DNA of 64,000 nt from an uncultured Bryobacteraceae bacterium (GTDB lineage: Bacteria > Acidobacteriota > Terriglobia > Bryobacterales > Bryobacteraceae). The stretch spans positions 52,281 through 116,280 of the forward strand of contig CAXTWQ010000002.1 in assembly GCA_964248065.1 (NCBI GenBank), written 5' to 3'. Below the pieces are notes generated by a model. The model was not told the origin of the DNA. It saw only the letters and a program-made list of their open reading frames with translations, and made no database searches. Shown piece after piece: positions 47,448 to 57,497 of this stretch; position 1 is the first letter of the stretch, and each line of letters starts with the position of its first letter. The translations under genes were made by a program, and so were the position numbers.

Positions 47448-48635
47448 GTGCTAAGCCTTTTAGGATCAACGGGTTCCATTGGAGTAAGCACGCTGGACGT
47501 GGTGCGCCAGCGAACGTCCGACTTCCCCGTTTACGCCTTGGTTGCCGGCCAGAATACAGAGCTACTAAGCTCCCAGATTCTGGAATTCTGTCCAAAGGTA
47601 GCCGTAGTTGCCGACGCGGACGGCGTCGACAGGCTGGCGCTAGCTCTTCAAGGCGCTGGTTTGCCTCGATCTGAATGGCCGGATCTTGCTTTTGGACCAG
47701 AAGCTAGAGTTGCGGCTGCAATAGCGCCCGAGGTGAGCTTTGTTATGTCAGCCGTTGTTGGGGTGGCTGGACTGGAAGCAACTTATGAAGCGGTGAAAGC
47801 CAAGAAGCGGATTGGTCTGGCTAATAAAGAGGTTCTGGTGGCGAGCGGAAATCTAGTAATGAGCGCCGTTCGTGATTCGGGCCTGGAGCTTCTCCCTGTG
47901 GATAGCGAGCATAACGGCGCTCATCAATGTTTCCGGGCTGGCCGGCGAAACGAGGTGACACGCTTATTGCTGACGGCATCCGGCGGTCCGTTCCGCCAGA
48001 CCGAAACCGCTACGCTGTGGAATGTGACGCCGGAGCAGGCACTTCGGCATCCTACCTGGAAGATGGGAAACCGTATCACGATTGATTCGGCCACCATGAT
48101 GAATAAAGGGTTTGAAGTGATTGAAGCTTGCTGGTTGTTCGATCTGCCGCCTTCCCAAATTGAAGTCGTGGTCCATCCGCAATCGACAGTTCATGCCATG
48201 GTCGAGTACAACGATGGGAGCGTGATTGCTCAGGTTTCCGCAACCGACATGCGAATGCCGATTCAGTATGCCTTGACGTATCCGGCGCGTCAGGATGCGC
48301 CAGTGCCGCGTCTGGATTGGACGCAAACACGCCAGTGGGACTTTTCGGCTCCCGATTTCGAGAAGTTTCCGCTTCTCCGGTTGGCGTATGGGGCGCAGGA
48401 GCAGGGCGGTTCCGCCACATGCACACTGAATGCTGCGGATGAAGTGGCGGTGGAGGCCTTTTTGGCAGGTAAGATTCCGTTTCCCGCCATCGCCCTGACG
48501 GTGGAGGAAACATTAATGAGACAGCCCAATGCGGAACCGGCGACAATAGGTGAAGTAATTGAGATCGACGCTGCTTCACGCCGCCTTGCTCGTCAAGTGG
48601 TTGCGGAGTCTCGCTGGAACCAATGTGTCATTTGA
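47448..48635 (+). CDS. dxr: 1-deoxy-D-xylulose-5-phosphate reductoisomerase
   Basis: GSTGSIG NADPH motif, LANKE, DSEH and HPxWxMG blocks. GTG start. Confidence 0.92.
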   Translation: MLSLLGSTGSIGVSTLDVVRQRTSDFPVYALVAGQNTELLSSQILEFCPKVAVVADADGVDRLALALQGAGLPRSEWPDLAFGPEARVAAAIAPEVSFVMSAVVGVAGLEATYEAVKAKKRIGLANKEVLVASGNLVMSAVRDSGLELLPVDSEHNGAHQCFRAGRRNEVTRLLLTASGGPFRQTETATLWNVTPEQALRHPTWKMGNRITIDSATMMNKGFEVIEACWLFDLPPSQIEVVVHPQSTVHAMVEYNDGSVIAQVSATDMRMPIQYALTYPARQDAPVPRLDWTQTRQWDFSAPDFEKFPLLRLAYGAQEQGGSATCTLNAADEVAVEAFLAGKIPFPAIALTVEETLMRQPNAEPATIGEVIEIDAASRRLARQVVAESRWNQCVI

Positions 48636-48751
48636 GACAGAATCGGGCAGGCGTAACCGTTGGGATTGCAGTTATTGAACCATTAGACGCTCTGCTGCCG
48701 TCGAAAGAGTGAAGGTATTTTTCAGGCCGCTTTGGAGGGGTATATAAGGCT

Positions 48752-50059
48752 GTGGGTTTCTTAGGGCCGGTTTTCTGGGTTGTGATCCTGTTGGGAATTA
48801 TGATCCTGGTGCATGAAGCAGGGCATTTTTGGGCTGCTCTCTCGGTGGGCGTCCGGGTGGAGACCTTTAGCATCGGGTTTGGCCCTCGGCTACTGGGATT
48901 CCGGCGCGGCGATACCGACTTTCGGATTTCGGCCATACCGTTTGGCGGCTATGTGCGGATGCTGGGCGAACAACCGGGCGAAGAGACCGTGGCCGACCCA
49001 CGCTCGTTTCAGGCCAAGGCCCGGTGGCAGAGGGCGATTGTGATTGTCGCGGGTCCGCTGATGAACGTGCTGCTTTCAATCGCGTTGATTACCGGTCTCT
49101 ATATGTACGGTTTTCCGCGCGAGGTGCCTTCGACTCGCGCAGTGATTAGTTCAGTAGCTGCTAACTCGCCTGCGGCCAATGCCGGCCTGCAAGGGGGCGA
49201 TCGCATTGTTCAGGTGGGTGACCGGCATAATCCGAACTGGCAGGAAGTGCTTACCGAAGAAGCCTTGAACGCGAATCATGCGTTACCGGTAACGGTGGAT
49301 CGCAAAGGGCAAATACTAACGGTGAATGTTACGCCCCGGATGGATGCCAAGGAGGGCATCGGGGTGGCCGGTTGGCGCGGCGATGTGCAGGTTGGCGAAG
49401 TGGCCAAAGGCGGGCCGGCACAAGCTGCTGGTATGAAGCCGGGCGATCTGTTCATTAATGTAAACGGGCAACCGGTTGAGTCGAGATTGACCGTGCAACA
49501 GGCCGTTAGCCGATCAGGCGGCAAACCCGTGGAATTGGAGATGATGCGGAACAATCAACTGCAGAAGATTACCGTTACTCCTGTTCGTGGCAACAATGCC
49601 AAACTGCCCTGGCTGATCGGTATTGTGTTTCACATGCCGGTGCAGATGGTGAAACTTGGCTTCTTCCCAGCCATAGCTGAATCGCTGCGCTTTAACCAGC
49701 AAAACGCCACAATGATTTTCGAAGTCTTGCGCAGTATCGTGTCTCAGCGTGTCTCTGCGAAGACGCTTTCCGGCCCAATCGGCATTGCGCAGATGTCCAG
49801 TGACGCCGCCCAGGAAGGCCCATCGAGTTTTCTGGGACTTATGGCAGTTGTCAGCTTAAACCTGGCGATCTTTAACTTGCTGCCGATTCCGATTCTTGAC
49901 GGCGGCACGTTGCTACTGCTGGCGGTGGAGATGCTGCTGCAGCGGGAAGTCAGTTTGCAAGTGAAAGAGACTGTGTTTAAACTCGGCTTCGTGTTCCTGA
50001 TGATGGTGGTAGTGTTTGTTATCTATAACGACATCAGCCGCATCCTGACGCGCAGTTAA
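48752..50059 (+). CDS. rseP: RIP site-2 metalloprotease (M50) with PDZ domains
   Basis: HEAGHFWAA zinc motif, two PDZ-like segments, C-terminal NLLPIPILDGG. Conserved dxr-rseP adjacency. Confidence 0.9.
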   Translation: MGFLGPVFWVVILLGIMILVHEAGHFWAALSVGVRVETFSIGFGPRLLGFRRGDTDFRISAIPFGGYVRMLGEQPGEETVADPRSFQAKARWQRAIVIVAGPLMNVLLSIALITGLYMYGFPREVPSTRAVISSVAANSPAANAGLQGGDRIVQVGDRHNPNWQEVLTEEALNANHALPVTVDRKGQILTVNVTPRMDAKEGIGVAGWRGDVQVGEVAKGGPAQAAGMKPGDLFINVNGQPVESRLTVQQAVSRSGGKPVELEMMRNNQLQKITVTPVRGNNAKLPWLIGIVFHMPVQMVKLGFFPAIAESLRFNQQNATMIFEVLRSIVSQRVSAKTLSGPIGIAQMSSDAAQEGPSSFLGLMAVVSLNLAIFNLLPIPILDGGTLLLLAVEMLLQREVSLQVKETVFKLGFVFLMMVVVFVIYNDISRILTRS

Positions 50060-51165
50060 GTTTTGTGAACGAATAAGAACACGATTTCAATTATCAAAAT
50101 CAGCACGACCATCACCTCTAGAAAAAACGTGCGGCCCTGGTGGAATTCGTTGACCATCGATTCATAGAGGTCCCGGGCCGTGGTCAATTTCTGGTTGACC
50201 AGATTGCGGTAGTCACTGACACCGATGCGGGCCGCCGCCAGCCGATACATGCGGGCATAGTACATATCGCTCAGAAACTTGATTGCGTTGTCGGTGCGTT
50301 CCACCAATTCTTGATAGTCGAGGCGGATGGTATTCAGGGTTTCAGCTTCGCGGGCCAGACGCCAGCGCGCGAGCATTGTGTGGCGGCGTTCCAGGCGCTT
50401 GTAAACGTCCGCAAGAACATCGGTGAGCACATCGTCGTAGTATCGGAACTCAAGCAACTGCGTGTTAGCGTACTCAAGCAAGTCGATAGTCGGGCTTGCG
50501 GCGGCGCGGCTTTCATAGATAAATGCCGCCACCCACCCAAGCACCAGAAGATCATTCGGGTAGTACGACATCGTGGATTTGAGAACCTCACGCTGTTCTG
50601 TTGGTGAGAGCGGCGTCTCTTCTCCCCGAACTATTTGCGCGATCTCGGCACCGCAGTCGTGAACCAGATCAGCTGCCTCAAGAACGCCGTTGCCGGTATT
50701 CACGGGATTCAGTTGAACGACGAAGTAGTCTTCTGAGATCCACTCCTTATATGGCTTATTCAGCGCCTTGCCGGTGCGTCCCAGTGAGTCTTTAAGAAGA
50801 TCGGCAGCGTAACTTTCCAGCTCAGTGGATGAGATCCAGCAATTGGCCAAGCTGATCAACTCCGGCCAGGTAGCCCGAAAAGCCATCAGGAGTTCGACAC
50901 TGGCAACACCGTAATCGAAGTAGCGAATCCTAATTTCAACTTCTTCACCGGTGGCCTGAATACGCTTTATGCCCACTGGTTCTATGACCGGTGGCCGTTC
51001 GAACTTGACGTATTCCGGACTAGGGTGGAGAAAAGCCGGCTCACGGCGGCTGGAGATGGTGCCGAGGATACGATGCAACTCGGTGAGGTCGATTGATTCG
51101 GCTACGTCAAATAACAGCAGGCCCCGAATGGTGCCGGTAAGTTGCTCTTCCATAGGAGCGGTCAT
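50056..51165 (-). CDS. RMD1 / DUF155-like protein with a C-terminal TM helix
   Basis: Start taken at MTAPMEEQL. Long helical region (YYDDVLTDVLADVYKRLE...), terminal hydrophobic helix FFLEVMVVLILIIEIVFLFV. The family assignment is from memory of its architecture. Confidence 0.5.
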   Translation of the reverse strand: MTAPMEEQLTGTIRGLLLFDVAESIDLTELHRILGTISSRREPAFLHPSPEYVKFERPPVIEPVGIKRIQATGEEVEIRIRYFDYGVASVELLMAFRATWPELISLANCWISSTELESYAADLLKDSLGRTGKALNKPYKEWISEDYFVVQLNPVNTGNGVLEAADLVHDCGAEIAQIVRGEETPLSPTEQREVLKSTMSYYPNDLLVLGWVAAFIYESRAAASPTIDLLEYANTQLLEFRYYDDVLTDVLADVYKRLERRHTMLARWRLAREAETLNTIRLDYQELVERTDNAIKFLSDMYYARMYRLAAARIGVSDYRNLVNQKLTTARDLYESMVNEFHQGRTFFLEVMVVLILIIEIVFLFVHKT

Positions 51166-51244
51166 TGCTATGGTGGCACGCGATGGGGCATAGATACCCG
51201 GGAAGCTTGGGTAATGGGACACTTGGGACTGAGGACATTGCGCG

Positions 51245-51862
51245 GTGGGCACTTTCGAAATTCGCCTGAGTAACGTGGAAACTCAGCTGCCGCTTCGGCT
51301 CGCTCTGAACCGTTACCTGAGCAACGACGAACTGTTTGAGTTTTGTGCTTTGAATTCTGAGCTGCAAGTGGAACGAAGCGCAGAAGGCGAGGTGATTGTG
51401 ATGCCGCCAGCGGGTGGTGAGAGCTCGGGTCGCAATATGGAGATTTCGATGCAATTACGTACCTGGAGCAAGGGGGACGGACGCGGGCGCGCATTCGACT
51501 CGAGCGCTCCATTCTTTCTGCCCAACGGTGCCATGCGTTCGCCCGACGCTGCTTGGATTGAAAACTCCCGTTTGAGAGCTCTCTCGAGGGAAGAAAAACG
51601 CAGATTTATCTATCTCTGTCCGAACTTTGTCATTGAACTGCTATCGCCATCAGATCGCCTGCATGAAGCGAAGAGGAAAATGACTGAGTGGATGGCTAAT
51701 GGCGCGGAGCTTGGCTGGCTGATCGATGCAGATAACCAAGCTGTCTACGTATATCGTCGGGGTCAGGAAGCTGAGTTGATAGTGGGCTTACAATCAATCG
51801 CAGGAGAGGGTCCGGTCAACGGTTTTAGTCTCGACTTACAGGACGTTTTTGGCTTTTTGTAA
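51245..51862 (+). CDS. Uma2-family (DUF820) restriction-endonuclease-fold protein
   Basis: 205 aa, GTG start. Blocks ELQVERSAEGEVIVMPPAGGESSGRN, PDAAWI, PNFVIELLSPSD and EWMANGAELGWLID. Confidence 0.75.
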   Translation: MGTFEIRLSNVETQLPLRLALNRYLSNDELFEFCALNSELQVERSAEGEVIVMPPAGGESSGRNMEISMQLRTWSKGDGRGRAFDSSAPFFLPNGAMRSPDAAWIENSRLRALSREEKRRFIYLCPNFVIELLSPSDRLHEAKRKMTEWMANGAELGWLIDADNQAVYVYRRGQEAELIVGLQSIAGEGPVNGFSLDLQDVFGFL

Positions 51863-52083
51863 GTATTCTGTTTAGCGTGCCGCTCTCTTTCGGCCGATAC
51901 CGCAATGGTAGGGAGTGACTACCAGGAAGCGGAAGCATTGGTGCGCCAATCGTGAGAGTGCCGGACAATTGCTGCCATAGAGCAAGTGCAATTAGCTCCC
52001 TGCATATTCTTCTGGCAATCTCAAATGCTATTAACGGCCACGTGCTAGAGTAAGTCTCAATTTCCTAGTTAATAGGAGGCAAT

Positions 52084-55000
52084 TTGGGGTTTTCACAACA
52101 CACGATTGCAGCCGTGGTGTCTTTGGTTGTACTCTCTCTGCCCAGTGCTCTGTTTGCACAAACCAGCCGTGGAACCATTTCCGGCATTGTGACCGACCCG
52201 ACCGGAGCGACTATCAGCGATGCTGAAGCGACTCTGCGCAACCTTGATACGAATGTTCCTCGTACTACTCGCACCAATGGGAGCGGGTTGTACCGGTTCG
52301 ACGCTGTGGACCCGGGCAACTATGAGGTAACTGTCACCGGTCCCGGATTTGAGATTTCCAAGACTGATCCATTCGTTGTGTCAGCCGGTCAGGTTGCGTC
52401 CGTTGATATGGCGCTTAAGGTCGGCAACCAGAAAGTAACGGTTGAAGTCTCCTCTGAAGCGACAAAGTTACAGACCGAATCGCCGGTTCGCGGCGGCACC
52501 ATCTCGGCTCAGGAAGTGACGCAATTACCCATCGCCGGGCGCAATTCAGTAAGCCTCGCTTTAGATCTTCCTGGTGTGACAACAAACCGGTTCTCTTTCG
52601 GAGTGGGAACATTCTCTGCCGATGGCGCACGCGGGCGCTCCAACAACTTTTTAATTGATGGGACCGAGAACAATGACATCTCCATTGCGGGACAAGCCTT
52701 TCAAATCACGAACCCCGACGCGATTGAGCAGACGATCGTGCAGACCACCAACTTCGATTCCGAGTATGGACGGGCGGGCGGAGCCGTTGTCAATGTAATT
52801 ACCAGGGGCGGTACCAACCAGTTTCATGGCACGGCCTCTTACTTTCTGGACAGCACCTTTGACGACGCTATTACCAACATTCAGGCGCAGAGTCCAGCTG
52901 TACTTCGTCGCGGACAGCCGCTGCCTGGCACTGAGCAAATCTGGGCAGGCACGGTCGGTGGTCCTATCAGGAAAGACCAGACATTCTTCTTTTTAGCTTT
53001 TCAGGAAGACCGCAGGTCATCGAGCGGATCGCTGACTTCGACTACGCCTTCGGTGGCCGGCTTTGCAACGCTGAATTCTCTATTCCCAACGGGCGCTAGT
53101 CCGAACCTGGATCTGTATCGCTCTATCGTTGGCGCAAGCCCGGCTACCGGTCAATTCTTTCCGGTTGCGCTAGGTGATGGCCGACCTAATGTGCAGTTCG
53201 GCACGGCGACGATAACGTATCCGAATAAGTATGGCGATCGTCAGTACCTGATTCGTGTGGACCATCGTTTCAGCAATGCCGATCTTCTTTCGGTGCGCTA
53301 TGGCAACGACGGCACCAACATCCCGGTATCGTCATCGGGCTTCTTTGGGTTCAACACCAGCCAAAATAATATCTACCGCAACGCGATTGTTTCGGAAACG
53401 CACGTATTCAGCCCGGTCTTCACCAATGAATTGCGGCTCGCCTACAACCGCATTGAGCTGAACTTCCCAGTAGATGCTTCTAACCCGATCGCTCAGACGC
53501 TACCCAACTACACGATTAATGGACAGAGCATTACCGGCCTCGGCATCGCAACTAACTTGCCGCAAGGGCGCATTGCCAACAATTACACGATTCAGGACAC
53601 GGTGACATATACCGTAGGCACGCACAGCTTTCGGGTGGGAACGGATCTGCTGGATCAGCGCTCGCGCCAGTTTGCACCTATTGTGCAGCGCGGCGCTCTT
53701 ACGTACAACCCTGACAATACTCACACAGCTTTTGCGAACTTCGTAGATGACTTCAGCGGCTCGGGCGGTAGCGTGCAACGTGATTTCGGCAGCCCGGCTT
53801 ACTATCCGAAGCTATTTCGTCAGCAGTACTTTGCGCTTGATCGCTGGCGCCTTAACGAAAGCTTGACAGTGTCGCTTGGGCTGCGATACGAATACTTCGG
53901 CCTGCCGATAAACTCCCTCAAAACACCGGCTTTTACCGGACTCTTCAATGTCGACCCAGTCACGCTGGCCGGGCCTTACAATCAGCCGAATAAGGTCAAG
54001 GGAGACAAGAATAACTTTTCGCCTTCACTCGGTATTGCCTGGAATCCGCACAGCAGCGACGACTTTGCCCGGGCGCTGCTTGGGGAAAACAAGACCGTTA
54101 TTCGCACTGGTTTCTCCATGGGCTATGACAGCTTCTTCAATAACATTGCTTCCAACGCGGCTACGTCGTCGCCAAACCTGAGTTCGAATATCACCACTGT
54201 TACATTGCCGAACGCAGCTTCCCGCGGGACCGCGAACTTTTCGCAAACGCTGCCTTTAACCCCCCTGCCTATCTCGGCCCGCAACTCGCAGAATCTTGTC
54301 TACGGCAATCTGCTGAATCCGTATTATTTGAAGTACTCGTTTGGCATTCAACGGGAACTGCCAAGCGGCTTTGTTCTGGATGCGTCTTATGTGGGCACTC
54401 GCGGCGTGAAGCTCTTTTATCAGGAAGACTTGAATCCGAATGTTCCAGCTGCGCTGCAATACACCTACGGCGGGGTCAAGCTGCCATACAATACGGGTCG
54501 GCTTGATCCCCTGCAAGGCGCTCGCGCAATTCGCACCAATGGCGCTTCGTCCACTTACAACTCTTTCCAGTCGCAACTGAGTCGCCGGTTTGTCCATGGC
54601 TTAGCTGCGCAGCTGTCCTATACGCGATCGCGCTTCATCGATTACGGATCTGACATCTTCACGACAAGCGGCGTTACAAATGTGGCTGTTTCGGAAGTTC
54701 CGACTATTCTGGGTGGCCTGCCGCGCGAGAAGAGTCTCTCAATTTATGATCGTGCGAATCGATTCGTCACACAATTCGATTACCAGATTCCATTCTTCAA
54801 GAATGTGAACCCACTGTTGCGGCAGACGCTTGGAGGCTGGGAGTTGAGCGGTATCTACACCTACGAATCAGGCGCGCCTTACACAGTGTTGAACGGCTTA
54901 GATTCGGATGGTCTGGACGGCGCCACTGCCGACCGGCCCAACTTGAATCCATTTGGCCAGGTGGGCGTCCGTGCGGTCCCTAGCGCGACGAGTCCTACCG

Positions 55001-55374
55001 GATACCTCAACCCGGATGCCGGCAACGCGCCTATTTCTCCCGCGAATGCTCAATTCATTGTTCTTCGCGCGAACAGCGGTATTTCTGGTAACCTCACGCG
55101 CACAACACAGCGCACTCCGCCGATTGATAACCTCGACGCCACAATCTTCAAGAACTTTCTGTTCCGCGACCGGTACGGCATTGAGCTACGTGCCGAAATT
55201 TATAACGTCCTAAACCATCCGCAGTTCGGCAATTTCAGCGCGAGCCCGTTCGATACGACGCTTGGCACAATCAACAGCAATGCCGACACTGCTCCGCCCG
55301 GCCGCTTTCTAAGCACCAATTACATTGACGGTGGCGGACGCGTTTTGAAGTATCAAATCAAGCTGCGGTTCTGA
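52084..55374 (+). CDS. TonB-dependent outer-membrane receptor with an N-terminal carboxypeptidase-regulatory-like domain
   Basis: 1096 aa. TTG start 4 nt after AGGAGG. Signal peptide, ISGIVTDPTGATISDAEATLRNLDTNVPRTTRTNGSGLYRFDAVDPGNYEVTV, plug-like region, C-terminal ...KYQIKLRF. Confidence 0.85.
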   Translation: MGFSQHTIAAVVSLVVLSLPSALFAQTSRGTISGIVTDPTGATISDAEATLRNLDTNVPRTTRTNGSGLYRFDAVDPGNYEVTVTGPGFEISKTDPFVVSAGQVASVDMALKVGNQKVTVEVSSEATKLQTESPVRGGTISAQEVTQLPIAGRNSVSLALDLPGVTTNRFSFGVGTFSADGARGRSNNFLIDGTENNDISIAGQAFQITNPDAIEQTIVQTTNFDSEYGRAGGAVVNVITRGGTNQFHGTASYFLDSTFDDAITNIQAQSPAVLRRGQPLPGTEQIWAGTVGGPIRKDQTFFFLAFQEDRRSSSGSLTSTTPSVAGFATLNSLFPTGASPNLDLYRSIVGASPATGQFFPVALGDGRPNVQFGTATITYPNKYGDRQYLIRVDHRFSNADLLSVRYGNDGTNIPVSSSGFFGFNTSQNNIYRNAIVSETHVFSPVFTNELRLAYNRIELNFPVDASNPIAQTLPNYTINGQSITGLGIATNLPQGRIANNYTIQDTVTYTVGTHSFRVGTDLLDQRSRQFAPIVQRGALTYNPDNTHTAFANFVDDFSGSGGSVQRDFGSPAYYPKLFRQQYFALDRWRLNESLTVSLGLRYEYFGLPINSLKTPAFTGLFNVDPVTLAGPYNQPNKVKGDKNNFSPSLGIAWNPHSSDDFARALLGENKTVIRTGFSMGYDSFFNNIASNAATSSPNLSSNITTVTLPNAASRGTANFSQTLPLTPLPISARNSQNLVYGNLLNPYYLKYSFGIQRELPSGFVLDASYVGTRGVKLFYQEDLNPNVPAALQYTYGGVKLPYNTGRLDPLQGARAIRTNGASSTYNSFQSQLSRRFVHGLAAQLSYTRSRFIDYGSDIFTTSGVTNVAVSEVPTILGGLPREKSLSIYDRANRFVTQFDYQIPFFKNVNPLLRQTLGGWELSGIYTYESGAPYTVLNGLDSDGLDGATADRPNLNPFGQVGVRAVPSATSPTGYLNPDAGNAPISPANAQFIVLRANSGISGNLTRTTQRTPPIDNLDATIFKNFLFRDRYGIELRAEIYNVLNHPQFGNFSASPFDTTLGTINSNADTAPPGRFLSTNYIDGGGRVLKYQIKLRF

Positions 55375-55405
55375 AGCAGCACTCCCCCGGAATGGAAACT
55401 CACTT

Positions 55406-57355
55406 ATGCGCAATTCGCTCTCGTTTCTACTTGTACTTTTGAGTACTCCGGCATGGGCTGCCGATTCAAATGGAACGGTTCCGGTGCCGGCTAATTTGCA
55501 TGGCGACCGCATCCCCGCTTTGCCGCTATCGCTTGCGGACGAACTCACGCCGTATGGAGAAGCCCGCGCTGCCGCTCTGCTCGACTGGCATCCCACCCGG
55601 CGCGAACTGTTGATTGCGACCCGCTTCGGCAACACGCCCCAAATTCACCTGGTTACGACGCCGGGAGGTGCACGAACGCAGCTCACTTTCTACCCTGATC
55701 GCACCCTGGCGGCCGACTTTGATCCAGCGAGCGGCTCGAGCTTTATCTTCTCGAAAGATGTTGGCGGCGGTGAGTTCTATCAGCTCTATCGCTTTGATCT
55801 GCAGTCCCGCCAGACGGCGCTGCTGACCGATGGCAAATCGCGCAACACGGGCCTGCGCTGGTCGCCTGACGGCAAGACCGTGGCATTTGCATCAACCGTA
55901 CGCAATGGTCGCGATACCGATATCTACGTAGGCGACCCTTCTCAGACAAAGGGCGGCGATACCAGTTGGGCGCGCATGGTTGTGCAAGGCGAAGGCGGCG
56001 GCTGGGCTCCGCTTTCTTTTTCAGCTGATGGCAAGACGCTACTGACGGGCGATTACCATTCGGTGAACGATACGGTGCTGTTTCTGGTGAACATGGCTGA
56101 CGGCAAGAAAGTGCAACTGACCTCCGGCAAGCACGCGTATGGCGGAGCGATCCTTACCCCTGATGGCCGCGGCATCTACCTGACTACCGATGTCGATAGC
56201 GATTACAACCGTCTTGCCTACATGGACGTGGCAACGAAGAAGCTGACATTCCTGCAACCCGGCATCAAGTGGGACGTCGAGGATCTCGATCTCACCCGTG
56301 ACGGCAAGCGCCTTGCGTATGTGATCAATGAGGACGGGTTCTCATCGTTGCACGTGATGAATACTGATACTCACCAGGATGAGACGCTACCGGCGTTGCC
56401 GAAAGGCGTAATCAGCCGAGTCAAGTGGCATAGCAATGGGCACGATCTAGCGTTCAGCCTTTCTTCTGCCCACAGCCCCTCGGATGTTTATTCGGTCGAT
56501 CTGCAATCGGGCAAGCTGGATCGCTGGACGAAGAGTGAGACAGGCGGACTGAATGCGGAAGGTTTCGCTGACCCGCAGTTGATCCATTGGAAGAGCTTCG
56601 ACCAATTGCAGATCTCGGGATTTCTATATCGCCCGCCTGCCAAGTTTAGCGGCCCGCGACCGGTCATTGTGGACATTCATGGCGGTCCCGAAGGGCAGTC
56701 AAGGCCTGGCTTTGAGGGACGCGTGAACTACTACATAAACGAACTTGGAATCGCGGTGATCTTCCCGAACGTGCGCGGCTCCAGCGGCTACGGCAAGGCT
56801 TATCTCAATCTGGATAATGGCCCCAAGCGTGAAGACTCAGTGAAGGATATCGGCGCGCTTCTTGACTGGATTAAAACGCAACCCGATCTGGACAGTAGCC
56901 GCCTGATGATCACGGGTGGCAGTTACGGCGGCTATATGACCCTGGCATCGGCGTTTCACTACAACGATCGTCTGCGGTGCACGGTGGATGTGGTCGGAAT
57001 TTCCAGCTTTCTTACGTTTTTCCAACGCACCTCGCCATATCGGCGTGACCTACGCCGGGTCGAGTATGGTGACGAGCGTGACCCTGCCATCCATGAACTC
57101 TTTACCAAAATCTCGCCCATCAATCATGTGAGTGAGATTTCCAAGCCGATGCTTATAGTGGCTGGCCGTAACGATCCGCGTGTTCCGGTGGAAGAAGGTC
57201 AGCAGATGGCGGCTGCTCTAACAAAACGCGACATTCCTGCCTGGCTGTTAGTGGCTGACGACGAAGGACACGGGTATGCCAAGAAGGGCAATCAAGACTT
57301 CCAGTTTGCCGCTACTGTGCTCTTCGTTAAACAGTATCTACTAGGCGGGTCTTGA
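55406..57355 (+). CDS. S9 prolyl-oligopeptidase-family serine peptidase with an N-terminal beta-propeller
   Basis: Signal peptide, TolB-like repeats (SPDGKTVAF, SADGKTLL, TRDGKRLAY), nucleophile GGSYGGYM, and DDEGHG near the C-terminus. Confidence 0.85.
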   Translation: MRNSLSFLLVLLSTPAWAADSNGTVPVPANLHGDRIPALPLSLADELTPYGEARAAALLDWHPTRRELLIATRFGNTPQIHLVTTPGGARTQLTFYPDRTLAADFDPASGSSFIFSKDVGGGEFYQLYRFDLQSRQTALLTDGKSRNTGLRWSPDGKTVAFASTVRNGRDTDIYVGDPSQTKGGDTSWARMVVQGEGGGWAPLSFSADGKTLLTGDYHSVNDTVLFLVNMADGKKVQLTSGKHAYGGAILTPDGRGIYLTTDVDSDYNRLAYMDVATKKLTFLQPGIKWDVEDLDLTRDGKRLAYVINEDGFSSLHVMNTDTHQDETLPALPKGVISRVKWHSNGHDLAFSLSSAHSPSDVYSVDLQSGKLDRWTKSETGGLNAEGFADPQLIHWKSFDQLQISGFLYRPPAKFSGPRPVIVDIHGGPEGQSRPGFEGRVNYYINELGIAVIFPNVRGSSGYGKAYLNLDNGPKREDSVKDIGALLDWIKTQPDLDSSRLMITGGSYGGYMTLASAFHYNDRLRCTVDVVGISSFLTFFQRTSPYRRDLRRVEYGDERDPAIHELFTKISPINHVSEISKPMLIVAGRNDPRVPVEEGQQMAAALTKRDIPAWLLVADDEGHGYAKKGNQDFQFAATVLFVKQYLLGGS

Positions 57356-57497
57356 TTTGGCACGCCAGCAGTGTATTTGTCACAGACTGCCAGGGTCCTG
57401 GTACAAAGTTAAACAATTAACATTGCAGGCGAGTCGATTTTCCTCGGGAAACATCGTATAGTTACCAGTATTACCTTGCTGGGTAACTTTTACAGAT

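Noticed and set aside
51863-52083. Possible cobalamin riboswitch upstream of the TonB-dependent receptor (GGTAGGGA..., GGTGCGCCAATC..., GCCGGACAATTGCTGCC)
   Set aside because: The resemblance to the core and B12-box consensus is only loose. The stretches fold as simple local hairpins (GGTAG/CTACC, ATTGG/CCAAT). The receptor is not BtuB-like in size or architecture.
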